Shown here: piece by piece, positions 1-10,052 of the stretch
Position numbering within the stretch: position 1 is the stretch's first letter
How the letters are laid out: the number at the start of each line of letters is the position of its first letter
Origin: a virus
DNA length: 42,047 nt
Virus record (IMG/VR): IMGVR_UViG_3300045988_015706
Direction: 5' to 3' (one strand)
The notes under the pieces: generated by a model
Databases searched by the model: none
What the model saw: the letters and a program-made list of their open reading frames with translations, nothing else
Told to the model about the DNA's origin: nothing
Made by a program: the position numbers and the translations under genes

Positions 1-55
1 GCTTTCGGCTTATCGCTCAAACTGTTAAAACTCCCGGTCTTCGCAACGGGTGCCA
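1..55. repeat. End-to-end identity (1-55 = 41993-42047), a circular-assembly overlap
   Basis: Both copies read gctttcggcttatcgctcaaactgttaaaactcccggtcttcgcaacgggtgcca. A minus-strand reading frame is continuous across the overlap. Confidence 0.9.
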
Positions 56-155
56 AATTCAGCGGCACCAAAGCCACATCATCAGCATCAACGCTACCAC
101 TATTGGCCACGTAGCTTTCCTCTGACGGGAATAGGTGAATTTTCTTCACGCTCAT
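1..155 (-). CDS. Tail-fibre-like protein, 5' part of a gene that wraps the window ends (continues 41992->41686; full product 153 aa)
   Basis: The ATG at 155-153 overlaps the TGA of the upstream ORF (ATGA). The frame runs off base 1 and continues into ORF 41686..42012. 155 + 307 nt = 462 nt = 154 codons. Translation is MSVKKIHLFPSEES...KTGSFNSLSDKPKA; the KTGSxNxLxDKP motif is common in phage fibre proteins. Confidence 0.7.
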   Translation of the reverse strand, partial: MSVKKIHLFPSEESYVANSGSVDADDVALVPLNLAPVAKTGSFNSLSDKPK

Positions 156-778
156 TTTATTTCACCTCGCAAAATGTTTAAATGGTCTTCGTAACGGTCA
201 TAGTCGTCCGCCGTTGCCTCTACCTCTTTTTGATAGGTGTAAGGCTCAAATCCTCGGAGGTAGATTTCGGAGACCTGCACGTTTCTAAAGCCCCCACTGT
301 AGACGCCTTCTATAGCTCTGATCTTCCAATATTTGTGCAAACCAACATCGGGAACATCGTTTTGCCCTTTTGTAACGGCTTTAATGTCAGTCCACGTGCT
401 CCCGTTGTCGGAATATTGGAGGATGCCTTTGTTTAAGCTGTAGTAAGCCGGAACGATTTCTATCGACCTAACCCTAATTGCAACAGGGTTATACATTGTA
501 ATAGTCAGATAGTCTATACCTGCGCCGCTTCCGCAACGGTTGAAATATGATGTGCTTTGGTTTTTATCAAACGCCACATTTATTCCGTTATCGCCTCTGT
601 CTCCAGTAGCGGCACAGGCGAACGTACTTCCCCCGAGTGTTCCCAATTCTGAAATCGCGGGGTTTTCCCACTCGCGTTCGTCACTGACGGTAATTGTCTT
701 AAAATATTTTCGAGTAAAGCCGTTCGCGAAAACGCAGTCGCCTAGCGTCTTATCTTTCACGATATACACCGTTACCAC
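152..778 (-). CDS. Putative receptor-binding tail protein with a discoidin/galactose-binding-like domain
   Basis: 208-aa ORF overlapping both neighbours by a few nt. The C-terminal half (IRVRSIEIVPAYY...ILQYSDNGSTWTDI...YWKIRAIEG...VQVSEIYLRG) resembles F5/8 type C / CBM-like beta-sandwich signatures. Position is directly after the fibre adaptor gene. Confidence 0.6.
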   Translation of the reverse strand: MVTVYIVKDKTLGDCVFANGFTRKYFKTITVSDEREWENPAISELGTLGGSTFACAATGDRGDNGINVAFDKNQSTSYFNRCGSGAGIDYLTITMYNPVAIRVRSIEIVPAYYSLNKGILQYSDNGSTWTDIKAVTKGQNDVPDVGLHKYWKIRAIEGVYSGGFRNVQVSEIYLRGFEPYTYQKEVEATADDYDRYEDHLNILRGEIK

Positions 779-1953
779 CTCACTAATTCAATACCAGCCT
801 GAATGACGACATTACCAGAGCTATCAGGTGTAATATCGTTCACACTAAGGACGACATTAGGCATGTCCGTAATCTGAGACACCGTATGCGTATGCGAGCT
901 ATTAGCCTTACTGGCAAGACCAGTCTGAAGCTCATTCTTAGTAGCAAGACCACTAAGATCTTGCGCAGGAGGAGTGCCAGTGATCTCGCTATACGCAATG
1001 CTGTCCTTAGACGCAAGGGCACCGAGTGTAGGCTTGTTCTTGATGAACGCCTTAGAGGTCGCACTGGTCTCAGCCCAGTCGCTATTGATTTGTCCGCTAG
1101 CCGCCTGCTCAGCATAACCTTTAGCGAGATCAGCTTGCTTCTTAGCTTCGACTTCAGAAGCCTTAGCGTTCGTCTCAGAGACCTTAGCGTTCCTCTCAGA
1201 CACCTTAGCTTCATCAGCCTTTTGAGTAGCAATTACAGCATTGTCATAAGCATTCTTCTCAGATGTTTCAATATCGGTTTGGAGCTGTCGAGCCTCTTCA
1301 ATGATTGCTTGGTTCTCCGTCTTGACGGCATCAGTATGCTTAGCCGCAGATACTGCAGTACCCGCAGAAGCCTTAGCGGTGACTTCAGACTCCTTAGCAT
1401 TAACTTCAGAAGCCTTAGCGTTCGTCTCAGAGACCTTAGCGGCATCCCTAGCGGCTTCAGCCTTTAGCTTAGCCTGATAGGCACCCATAGCATCATCTTT
1501 GTAGAACTTAAGGGTGATTGCATCGTTGTCATCAATAGGATCCCCAACGTTGACAATACGTTTACCCTTAGCATCCCAATTTCCTTCCTTGTCTACAATG
1601 AGTGCGTCATTGATGATGTCTCTACCTTCTTCAGCAATATGAATAGTCTGAATGGTAGACACATCAAGGTCTTTAGCCTTGAGTACCGAAGCGTCCTTAA
1701 AGGACACGATACGGTCAGTAGCAGACGTATATCTGCGAATAATGATTTCAGTACCACTAGCGGGAGCTGTATTGAATCTAATGGTAGTCTTATCTACAAA
1801 GAAGTAGTCTTTAGTGGTGTCACCGTAGTCACCCCCAAGTTTCTCTCGGGAGTCTACGGTGACTTTCACAAACTTCTTTGCTAGATAATCAAAGGGCACA
1901 TTGAAGTCTGTAGTAGACCCATTGCCCTGATAGTTAGCAATAGTAGAAGCCAT
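772..1953 (-). CDS. Tail fibre protein with a T7 gp17-like N-terminal adaptor domain and an Ala/Lys/Glu coiled-coil shaft
   Basis: The N-terminus (NYQGNGSTTDFNVPFDYLAKKFVKVTV...RYTSATDRIVSFKDASVLKAKDLDVSTIQTIHIAEEGRD) aligns with the recalled T7 gp17 N-terminus (DGSNRDFNIPFEYLARKFVVVTL...[37 protein letters not shown]). The SE-NAK repeats form the shaft. Confidence 0.9.
   Translation of the reverse strand: MASTIANYQGNGSTTDFNVPFDYLAKKFVKVTVDSREKLGGDYGDTTKDYFFVDKTTIRFNTAPASGTEIIIRRYTSATDRIVSFKDASVLKAKDLDVSTIQTIHIAEEGRDIINDALIVDKEGNWDAKGKRIVNVGDPIDDNDAITLKFYKDDAMGAYQAKLKAEAARDAAKVSETNAKASEVNAKESEVTAKASAGTAVSAAKHTDAVKTENQAIIEEARQLQTDIETSEKNAYDNAVIATQKADEAKVSERNAKVSETNAKASEVEAKKQADLAKGYAEQAASGQINSDWAETSATSKAFIKNKPTLGALASKDSIAYSEITGTPPAQDLSGLATKNELQTGLASKANSSHTHTVSQITDMPNVVLSVNDITPDSSGNVVIQAGIELVRW
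1151..1189. repeat. 39-bp exact intragenic direct repeat, copy 1
   Basis: acttcagaagccttagcgttcgtctcagagaccttagcg is identical to 1403-1441. It encodes part of the AKVSETNAKASEV shaft repeat. Confidence 0.9.
1403..1441. repeat. 39-bp exact intragenic direct repeat, copy 2
   Basis: Identical to 1151-1189, 252 bp (84 codons) away, so it is in frame. Confidence 0.9.
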
Positions 1954-1961
1954 TGTTTTAG

Positions 1962-4900
1962 TTATTGACCCTTATCGGATAGAGTGTTATAAAGACCCCA
2001 CTTAAGGAATGGGATATTAGTAGAATTACGAATAGCTCTGACAGCTTTCTCTTTGTGATTCTCTAGTTGCTCATCGGTGAAGTTTTCATCACCTGTCATA
2101 CGTGCCACATTAGCAGAGTACCCTGCAATGTCCATGAAAGACTTGATGGTAGAGTATGCAGGAGCCAAGTCTCTAAACCACTTGTCAGCATCAAAGCCTC
2201 CATACAGCTCATCCTTCTCTTTCTGAGAGGAGAAGCCTTCAGTGGTAGTCTTAACGTCAGGGTTCACACCTGCGGTGTTGAGAAGCAAAGATGGAAATGC
2301 AAAGACGCTAGAACGCATAACACCATTAATACCAGCCTGAAAAGCAGTGTCTAAAGTAAGCCCTTCTTCAGAATCATACTTTAGAGTCTTCTTAAGGTAC
2401 TCCTTTCGTTGTTCCTCATCCATGCCTGCAGTATTAATAAGGGTGTTAGTCAGTGCGCCAACGGTACCCAATGCGGTAGACAAGAAGATACTATAGGCTT
2501 GTCCAAGTGCATCACCCTCAGCCATTCTACCTAGAATTTTCTTAAGTCTCTTATCGTAGGATCTAAGAGCGAACGTCTTGAACTGCAAGAGCAACTGCAT
2601 GAACGGATTCTTTTGGGCACCCTCCCAAAGGAAAGTATCGCCCAAAGTGTTCTTCTGGATTACCTCATGAGCAACATAGTCGCCCATACGTCTAAGAGTC
2701 GCAAGAGCGGCAGGGTCCTTAGATAGGATAGCATCAAGGTTGTCAATAGTGATTTCCTTGTTCTTACCTACGGTAGTGGATTCCTTAAGGATCTTCAGCA
2801 GATTATCAAAGTTCTCCTGAGAGATCCCATTTCGTTGCATAAGCTCCTTATTAAGGAAGCCCTTCTTGGAAATAGACTTGTTATGAGCATACTGAATAAG
2901 CTCACCCAAGAACATACCTTGAGAAGCCTCAACGATAGAGTTCTCGGTATTCTGAATGAACTTAGTAAACGGAGAAGCCTGAGCAAGAGTATCGGTTGCC
3001 GCAACAAGAATAGACTTAGCCTTATCACCATTGAACCTACGTAGTTGCTTCTCAAAAGATTCCGTAGCAATGTCTCTAAGTAGACCAGTCTCTCTTACGG
3101 ACATGCCAAAGATAAGAGACTGAGCCTGTCTAATCTCTGCATTGGTCATGCCATTCTTAGCCCAATTATCAAAAAGCTCTCTAACAAGAGGGACACCCTT
3201 AAAGAACTGCAGGGCACCATAGTGTTTAATAGCCTCACCCTGTTCAAAGAGATTAGCCATACCCATCATAGCATTCTTAGAGAAGAACGTAAGGTTTCTG
3301 ATGACATCCGCCATAGCACCAAGCCAAGAGCTATTAACATCAGACATGCTATGGTGCTTGTTATAGATCATGTTGATAAGTTGTTCCTGAGCTTGTGCAA
3401 ACTTCTTAGCGTCAACCCTACCACCTACGGCAGAATTAACCTCCTCAGACCACATCTTACCCAACATACTCTCAAAGTCACCCAAGTTCTCACACCCGTA
3501 ACTAAGGAGGATATTGTCACCAATAACCTTGTTATGGTGCATACGGACAGCCTCAAGAGGATCCCTACGTAGCTTGTCAATAGACACCCCACTACGGGTA
3601 GCAACAGAGGTATCCCAAGGGATTCTAGTCACCTCAGGGTCGTACTTGATGTTTGCAATGTTACCGTCAGTGATAATAGCCCTGCCCATGGAAGTACCTT
3701 GGTCGATCCAACCAAGAGCATCCTCCCTAGCTTCTTTCTGCATCCATTCAAGCACGTCTACCCAGTCAGGCTCATCAGGTAGAGGTTCAAGATTATCCTC
3801 AAACTTCTCCTGCCTAACCATGTCCTGAGCCTTGTGCTGTTGCCTCTGGACTTCACTAACCTCTCGTTCCTTAGCTTTGATCTTATTTGCAGTTTCTTTC
3901 TCTACAGCTTCGATCTTCTCGATAATAGAGTCTCTATCCTTGACGAGTTTCTTCTCGAGTTCCTTAAGTCTCTCGGATTCTCTCTTCTGGATACCCTCTA
4001 CTCTAGCTTCGTAGGATTCCTTCTTGCTTTCTAGGATATTCTTAAGTCTCTGCTCTTCTGCTTCGATAGCCTCAAGGAGAGCTTCCTTCTTAGCTTCTCT
4101 AGCCTTAAGAGCGTTCTCTTTGAGTTTCTTAGCTCTCTCTACAAGAGTAGTGCTTACGTACTTGTCGTACCTCTTCTGTGCGGCATTAGCTTGCCCTTCG
4201 GTCTCAGCCTTAGCCTTAGCCAACTCTTTCTTTAGTTCAGCTTCTTTTCTAAGACGCTCAATCTCTTTGTTGATTTCGGCATCAATGTCGGCATCGGAGG
4301 TTTTGTCGAGTTTATTGTACTCTTTCTCTAGCTCTTTGGTTTTCTTCTCAGATTTAGCCTTAGCTTCCTTAACAGCCTTATTGTAGTCAGCTTCAGCCTT
4401 CTCAAGGTCATTAGAGATATCCTCAGAGATCTTATTCTTAGCCTTATTGTAGGCAGGTTCTAGCTCATTGTATTTATCAGCTAGATTGTCACCTCTAGCG
4501 TCCCCTCTTTCTTGGATACGCTCAATACTTCTAGAGGCTTGAGCGGCCTTGTCAGAAATAATCTTATTGGAAGCCTTAGCTACCTTTTGGTACTTGATGT
4601 CCTTTTTCTTGTCTTGCTCGGCAATCTGTGCTTCCCTTTCAGCCTTGAGCTTATCGTAGACATTCTTCTTGTAGTAGTCAAGGATTCTCTGTCTTACTTC
4701 AGGCTTATGGACTGCGCCGTCAACAAGAGCGTGAGAAAGCTCATCAACAAGTCTCTCTACCTGAGGCCCTCTAGGGAGCTTAGGGTCAAACAAGTCACCA
4801 ACCTTTCTAGGGTCGCTTACTCTTGGGACATAACCACCCCTCTGGCCAACCTTAGAGGTTTTCTGAAGGAAATCCTTAGTAGACTCTACGATCTTACTGA

Positions 4901-6626
4901 ACTCTTCATTACCTACAAACTTGGAAGGGGTTACACCATTCTCAATAGCCTGACAAATAGCTAGATTGATTTCTGCATCATCATGTCCTAGCTTTCTGAG
5001 ATTATTGAAGCTATCTCTATAGCCTGACTCAAAGTTCTCAAAGTCAATCTGAGCGGCTCTAAGTTTCTCCTCTACAGTCTGCCCTTGGAATCTAGTTGCA
5101 TAGTGAACACCGTTCTCATCCACATAACCAGAACCACGATCTACAAAGACAGACTCACAGAACTTTCTAAAGTTAGTAGACTCAAGAGCCTGAAAGACAC
5201 CCTTAGTAGACACAAGGGGGACTCTGCGTTCGATGTTGTCAAGAAGGTTGTTCAAAGACGTAGCGACCTTAGTGGAACCTCCAATACCATCAAAGACCTC
5301 AGAAGGAAGATCCTTACCTGCCTCCTGATATTCCCTGATGATGCTAGCTCTTCGTGCAGTGTCTCCCACATAATGACCTCCCTTGCCTAGGCCCTTGAAT
5401 GCAAATTCAATACCTGCACCAAACATGGCACCAACAAGCATGTCTTCCATGAGGTCATGTTCTGCACCAGACACATAGGTATCAATCTGGTTAGACACAG
5501 CACCCAAAGCGGCACCTGTGAGCACCCTGCCTGCCATACCATACGCACCAAGCGCTGGAACATAAGACAAAGGATCCACAACCGCACCACCAATAGAGGA
5601 AGTGATCGAGGAGAACCAACCGGCTTTAGCTTCAGCCTCTCTATACTTGATTACTTCCTCATTGATATTAAGCCTTTCTTCGACATCCTCCATCGAAGTA
5701 GCGCCATTGAGTACAGCATAGTACCTATCCATATTGTACCCTACCTTGCCTAGGATTTCACCCCTTTGTTCATCCGTAGGGGCAAACTGTTCACCAAAGA
5801 TGCTTCCGTCAGCAAAGGACATCCTAAGGTATGTAGGGACATAACCATGCTTCAAGCCGCCCGTAAAACCGACCTGAGGCTCATCCGATGTATCCTGAGA
5901 AGGGTCATAGACATAACGATTGTCAGCCCAACGCTTTGAGCGAAAACTGATACCGAGAAGTCTACTCCTAGTAGTATTGGCAAGAGCCACCTTTACAGCA
6001 TCCTCATCAATAGGATCCTTGATAAAGGGCTTGATCTCCTTAGATGCCTCAGGCAAATCAAGGTTAGTAAATACAGGCTTCCTGTCAATCAAGGACTCCT
6101 CAGAAGTAGCCAAAGATTTCTCAAGAGGCTCCTGCTTAGGAGGCTCACTCGGATTAACGGTGGGGACAGGCTCATTTACCTTCTGTTCTCCCCACCTGTC
6201 ATCATCACCGATGGTGTCAACGTAATTCCAAGTTTCCTTAGGGAGCTTTTTATAGTTACCCTTAAGGTAATTCTTCATTGCGGCAGTGCCACCATTGTAC
6301 ATAGCCAATGCCGCATATTGGTTGCCCTTAGCGTACTTAAGGTTATCCTTCATAATACGACCTGCAAGGTCGATGTTAAAGAAGGGATCCTTAAGGGTGC
6401 TAAGGTCGGTCACACCATAAGCCTTTGCAGTTTTAGGCATGATCTGACCAACACCCATAGCACCTGCACGAGACACAGCGTTAGGGTTAAATCGTGATTC
6501 TTGATACAGTTGTCGCCTGAATAAGGTATGGTTCAAGCCATATCTTTCAGCAGTATCCTTAATGATACTATCAAAGGGATGCTCCGTATTCTCGAAGTCA
6601 CCCCAAGCACTACGTCTAGGATTCAT
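1962..6626 (-). CDS. Internal virion (core) protein, gp16-like, with an N-terminal lytic transglycosylase domain
   Basis: 1554 aa. The N-terminus has SLT signatures (QESRFNPNAVSRAGAMGVGQIMPKTA...AMYNGG). It has a long K/E-rich coiled-coil centre and sits last in the 14-15-16 core gene series. Confidence 0.85.
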   Translation of the reverse strand: MNPRRSAWGDFENTEHPFDSIIKDTAERYGLNHTLFRRQLYQESRFNPNAVSRAGAMGVGQIMPKTAKAYGVTDLSTLKDPFFNIDLAGRIMKDNLKYAKGNQYAALAMYNGGTAAMKNYLKGNYKKLPKETWNYVDTIGDDDRWGEQKVNEPVPTVNPSEPPKQEPLEKSLATSEESLIDRKPVFTNLDLPEASKEIKPFIKDPIDEDAVKVALANTTRSRLLGISFRSKRWADNRYVYDPSQDTSDEPQVGFTGGLKHGYVPTYLRMSFADGSIFGEQFAPTDEQRGEILGKVGYNMDRYYAVLNGATSMEDVEERLNINEEVIKYREAEAKAGWFSSITSSIGGAVVDPLSYVPALGAYGMAGRVLTGAALGAVSNQIDTYVSGAEHDLMEDMLVGAMFGAGIEFAFKGLGKGGHYVGDTARRASIIREYQEAGKDLPSEVFDGIGGSTKVATSLNNLLDNIERRVPLVSTKGVFQALESTNFRKFCESVFVDRGSGYVDENGVHYATRFQGQTVEEKLRAAQIDFENFESGYRDSFNNLRKLGHDDAEINLAICQAIENGVTPSKFVGNEEFSKIVESTKDFLQKTSKVGQRGGYVPRVSDPRKVGDLFDPKLPRGPQVERLVDELSHALVDGAVHKPEVRQRILDYYKKNVYDKLKAEREAQIAEQDKKKDIKYQKVAKASNKIISDKAAQASRSIERIQERGDARGDNLADKYNELEPAYNKAKNKISEDISNDLEKAEADYNKAVKEAKAKSEKKTKELEKEYNKLDKTSDADIDAEINKEIERLRKEAELKKELAKAKAETEGQANAAQKRYDKYVSTTLVERAKKLKENALKAREAKKEALLEAIEAEEQRLKNILESKKESYEARVEGIQKRESERLKELEKKLVKDRDSIIEKIEAVEKETANKIKAKEREVSEVQRQQHKAQDMVRQEKFEDNLEPLPDEPDWVDVLEWMQKEAREDALGWIDQGTSMGRAIITDGNIANIKYDPEVTRIPWDTSVATRSGVSIDKLRRDPLEAVRMHHNKVIGDNILLSYGCENLGDFESMLGKMWSEEVNSAVGGRVDAKKFAQAQEQLINMIYNKHHSMSDVNSSWLGAMADVIRNLTFFSKNAMMGMANLFEQGEAIKHYGALQFFKGVPLVRELFDNWAKNGMTNAEIRQAQSLIFGMSVRETGLLRDIATESFEKQLRRFNGDKAKSILVAATDTLAQASPFTKFIQNTENSIVEASQGMFLGELIQYAHNKSISKKGFLNKELMQRNGISQENFDNLLKILKESTTVGKNKEITIDNLDAILSKDPAALATLRRMGDYVAHEVIQKNTLGDTFLWEGAQKNPFMQLLLQFKTFALRSYDKRLKKILGRMAEGDALGQAYSIFLSTALGTVGALTNTLINTAGMDEEQRKEYLKKTLKYDSEEGLTLDTAFQAGINGVMRSSVFAFPSLLLNTAGVNPDVKTTTEGFSSQKEKDELYGGFDADKWFRDLAPAYSTIKSFMDIAGYSANVARMTGDENFTDEQLENHKEKAVRAIRNSTNIPFLKWGLYNTLSDKGQ

Positions 6627-8776
6627 TAGTCAGTTCCACTCTTTAGTTCAGAAAGTCTATCAAAGACAGTTGCATTCATTTTCTTTTCAAGCTCCTTAGC
6701 CTTTCTTTCAGCGGCCTTGTCAAGGGTACGTTGGATGTCCTCAGTCGTGTAGGACTTAACGTAGTTATACGTCCCCTTCTCATACACAACAAGTCTTCCA
6801 GACTCCTCGTTGTAATCTACAGAATACTTGGAGTCATCACCATAGTCGAACTCCTCTCTAAATAGCTCCTTAGCCATCTTAGGATCAGCATTGCCATAAG
6901 CTCTAGAGGTAAACACTCTAGCAGGGACACTAGTGCCTAGGAGAGTCACGTACTGATTTCTGTAGACATCCTTAGCCAACTCTACGGCTCTACTAGGAGA
7001 CTCACCAGAGCCTACAAATCTACAAGCCATATTGTAGATGAAGTCCTTACCTGTTTGGTCAATCTCGGTACCGATAACCTTAGAAATCTCAGTTACACCA
7101 GTGTTTACCTTGATTCTAAGACCCTCAATCTTTGCTCTTCCCTTAGAGTCAGTCTTGAGTTTTTCAAAGCCTGCAGTTCTCTTTACAACATCTTCCCAAG
7201 ACCTACCACCTTCCATTAGAAGAATAGCACCGTGGATAGATTCAGTGAAACCCTTGGTACTACCAGTGGCATACAAGAAAGCCTGAGGATCAGTACGGTA
7301 CAGCTCAATCATCTGAGTGATCTCCTCAGGTGGCTCCTTAGGAATAGTCTCAGGCTTCATGCCGCTATTGAGATAGTCAGACGTAATGCCAGTCAGTTTC
7401 TCACTAGCCGCTTCAGCCTTGTCCTTGAAATAACGTCTTGCAGGGTTGTCCCTAAAGGGAACAGAAGAGTTCTTTGCAATCCCAATGGCACCCTCAGTAG
7501 TGATCTCCCCACTCTCAATCATAGCATCAAAGGCAACGCTTAGATCGTCTGAAGAGAGATCAGAAGAGTCACTACTCTTAAGCTCCTTTCCAAGCGAAGC
7601 GTCCTTTAGAAACTTCTTAGCTAGGTTTTTCTTGATAAGAGCCTTTTGTTCATTTTGGGCCTTTACAGCAGTGGCTCTCAAGGCACTTCTTTGGACTTCT
7701 CTAGCCCTGTCTACAGCCTTTTCGATGTCCTTTACTCTGTCCGTAAGGATGTTGCCATTAGCTTCCAGTTCACTGTTTCTAATGGCCTCAAGAACGGAAA
7801 GCTCTCCACTATCTGCTAGATTACTAAGGCCATTCTGATAGTCAAGGTAAGCCTTAGTGTCTCTCTTGTACCTATAGTCATAAGCCTTAATAAGGGAAGT
7901 CTTATAACCATCTTCGCCTAGGTATTCCCTAAGGGTTACGCCATTAGCAAACGGTAGATCCTTAGAGTCTGCAAGTTGCTGTAGCGTAAAGAAGCCTTCA
8001 GGACTGTTCTCAAGAGAACTGATGACACTAGTCCACAGTTTATTTTGATGCTCGGGATCAAGGAACCTACCAACGGTAAGGTCCATCTCACTAAGGGCAC
8101 TGACAAGTGCTACAGCATCACCACCATTCTGGATGATTGCATGAACCTTAGCAGATTCGGTGATGAACATGTCCTGAACGTTAAACTTGTGTTCAACTTC
8201 TTTCTGACGTGTCATCATCTTGATGCGTTCTGCAGGGGAGTTAGCAAAGACACCCCTGTTAAAGAACACGTCATTAGAGCTATAACCAAACTGTTTGGCT
8301 ACATCAGACACATTCTCACGCATGAACTTAAAGAACTCAGCGTCAACCTCTTCAGGAGCCTTTCCTTTAAATTCATTAGTGTCAACTCTTCGTTGAAAGT
8401 CCTCAGTGATGTACTGGAACAGCATCTGGCCATGAGACTCTTTAAGTCTAGCCATTGCAAGAGGGTCATCTTGGAAGGGCACAAGACCCTTGGTCATCTC
8501 CTCACGGTACTGTTCAAGAGAATGTGACTTAAGGTAATCATCAGCTAACTTATAGGACAACTCCTTCTTAGCTTCAAAACCACCTTTAATAGCCTTAGCT
8601 ACATCCTTAAAGCATTCAAGCCAATTGTCTGCTTCTGGGATAGTTACATTATTTTCATTGATAGAAATTGTAGCAGGCTTAGCCGTACCTAGTTTATCCA
8701 AAGCAGAGTTGAAATATCTCCACTGCCCCCACTGATTGGCAATGGAGGAATTACCGTCTGAATTTTTATAAGCCAT
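6626..8776 (-). CDS. Internal virion (core) protein, gp15-like
   Basis: 716-aa ORF. Size and position between the gp14-like and gp16-like genes match T7. Start and stop overlap the neighbours (ATGA-type coupling). Confidence 0.7.
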   Translation of the reverse strand: MAYKNSDGNSSIANQWGQWRYFNSALDKLGTAKPATISINENNVTIPEADNWLECFKDVAKAIKGGFEAKKELSYKLADDYLKSHSLEQYREEMTKGLVPFQDDPLAMARLKESHGQMLFQYITEDFQRRVDTNEFKGKAPEEVDAEFFKFMRENVSDVAKQFGYSSNDVFFNRGVFANSPAERIKMMTRQKEVEHKFNVQDMFITESAKVHAIIQNGGDAVALVSALSEMDLTVGRFLDPEHQNKLWTSVISSLENSPEGFFTLQQLADSKDLPFANGVTLREYLGEDGYKTSLIKAYDYRYKRDTKAYLDYQNGLSNLADSGELSVLEAIRNSELEANGNILTDRVKDIEKAVDRAREVQRSALRATAVKAQNEQKALIKKNLAKKFLKDASLGKELKSSDSSDLSSDDLSVAFDAMIESGEITTEGAIGIAKNSSVPFRDNPARRYFKDKAEAASEKLTGITSDYLNSGMKPETIPKEPPEEITQMIELYRTDPQAFLYATGSTKGFTESIHGAILLMEGGRSWEDVVKRTAGFEKLKTDSKGRAKIEGLRIKVNTGVTEISKVIGTEIDQTGKDFIYNMACRFVGSGESPSRAVELAKDVYRNQYVTLLGTSVPARVFTSRAYGNADPKMAKELFREEFDYGDDSKYSVDYNEESGRLVVYEKGTYNYVKSYTTEDIQRTLDKAAERKAKELEKKMNATVFDRLSELKSGTD

Positions 8777-9627
8777 TAGTAAAAGTAACCTCCTCGTTCT
8801 CTAGGGGTAATGTTAGAGTTGTAATAGTTAGCCCATTGCTGTACGAAGTCAACATAGGGTTTGTACTGTTGGTAATTAGCCATTACGTTACCAAGGAAGC
8901 TACCACCAGTATTGGATGCAATAGACGCACTAGAGGATGCACCACTCATACCAATAGATGCAACTGCACCTGCCCCTCCAAGAGCCGCCAACGATCCAGT
9001 AGATGCACCTGCGGCCCCTGCACCACCACTGAGTGCACCTGTAGCAGTAGAAGCCGTAGCACCCCCAAGTGCACCACCAACGGCACTACCAATACCTGCA
9101 GTAGCGGCACCCATAGCGGCACCAGTGATCGCACCACTGAGGAACTGTTGGAAAGCCCTAGAGCCACCAATAAGGTTATTGTTGAGGTTATCCCTAGCTT
9201 GCTCAACGGATGCCTTAGTCTGAATATAAAGAGCGTCCTTCTGAAACCTTACATTCCACACATCATTAAGGTAGGCTTCCTTAGTTGCGGTCTCTTGTCT
9301 AAGAGTCTGTCCACTAATTGTCTGCTTGATCTTATCTTGAGATCTACCGTCAAGACCTGTCTCAGCAATAGCCGCTTCAATCTGTGAATTGCTCTGGTAG
9401 GCATTAAGAGACAAAGAAAACAACTCACCTAGTGCAGAGTCGTACATGGATCTTTCTTGCCTGTCAAGGGACGCCTGATTGTAGTTATAGTTTAGTTGCA
9501 GGTAGTGCATCTGCTTCTTGAAGGCTTTCACCATACTACGGTTCTGTTTAGAGATACCATGTAGAGAACTGCCACCACCAATTACTGCACCAACAGCGGC
9601 GCCAACACCGATTACGACACCACTCAT
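8776..9627 (-). CDS. Internal virion protein, gp14-like (Gly/Ala-rich)
   Basis: 283 aa with Gly/Ala-rich hydrophobic stretches at both ends. Assigned by synteny after tail tube B and the gp13-position gene. Confidence 0.6.
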   Translation of the reverse strand: MSGVVIGVGAAVGAVIGGGSSLHGISKQNRSMVKAFKKQMHYLQLNYNYNQASLDRQERSMYDSALGELFSLSLNAYQSNSQIEAAIAETGLDGRSQDKIKQTISGQTLRQETATKEAYLNDVWNVRFQKDALYIQTKASVEQARDNLNNNLIGGSRAFQQFLSGAITGAAMGAATAGIGSAVGGALGGATASTATGALSGGAGAAGASTGSLAALGGAGAVASIGMSGASSSASIASNTGGSFLGNVMANYQQYKPYVDFVQQWANYYNSNITPRERGGYFY

Positions 9628-10052
9628 TCTTTAATCAATTCCTTTCTATTAGTTGTTAATAGCATCCACTCCGGAGTAAACTCTTTCTCGCATTCCCTTA
9701 GGTCAACCTTATCAGTCCTAAAGCACATCGTAATGTGCGTGTCTTCAAGTGCCCTAAAGGCTTGCCTACGACCACCCTCAGCCTGAATGACGTTGTAACC
9801 CTTAAGCCTCCCTACAGTATTCCCTAGGGTAACATAACAATCCCCACTGACAATTACAGTAGTAGGGATCTTGATGTACGCACCAATAATAGCTACATCC
9901 TTAGGGATAAAACAGGTTCTGTAATACACCCCTTCATAAACAAAGTGTTCAATGGGGATTTCAACTTCATTACAGACACAACTCTCCATAGCATGAATTG
10001 CGATGTCGCAAAGCATGTTATTCTGCTCAGGAGTTAAGGGTTTCAACTTCAT
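9624..10052 (-). CDS. Hypothetical protein in the T7 gene 13 position
   Basis: 142-aa ORF translationally coupled to both neighbours. I recognise no motif. Confidence 0.55.
   Translation of the reverse strand: MKLKPLTPEQNNMLCDIAIHAMESCVCNEVEIPIEHFVYEGVYYRTCFIPKDVAIIGAYIKIPTTVIVSGDCYVTLGNTVGRLKGYNVIQAEGGRRQAFRALEDTHITMCFRTDKVDLRECEKEFTPEWMLLTTNRKELIKE

Noticed and set aside
1-55. The 55-bp terminal identity as a T7-style direct terminal repeat
   Set aside because: It lies inside a continuous coding frame and is far shorter than typical T7-group DTRs. It is an assembly overlap.
840-1445. Nested minus-strand ORFs (840..1232, 1233..1445) and a plus-strand ORF (886..1467) inside the fibre gene
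   Set aside because: These are alternative-frame translations of the Ala/Lys/Glu repeat region (Leu/Arg/Ser-rich). They have no independent signals.
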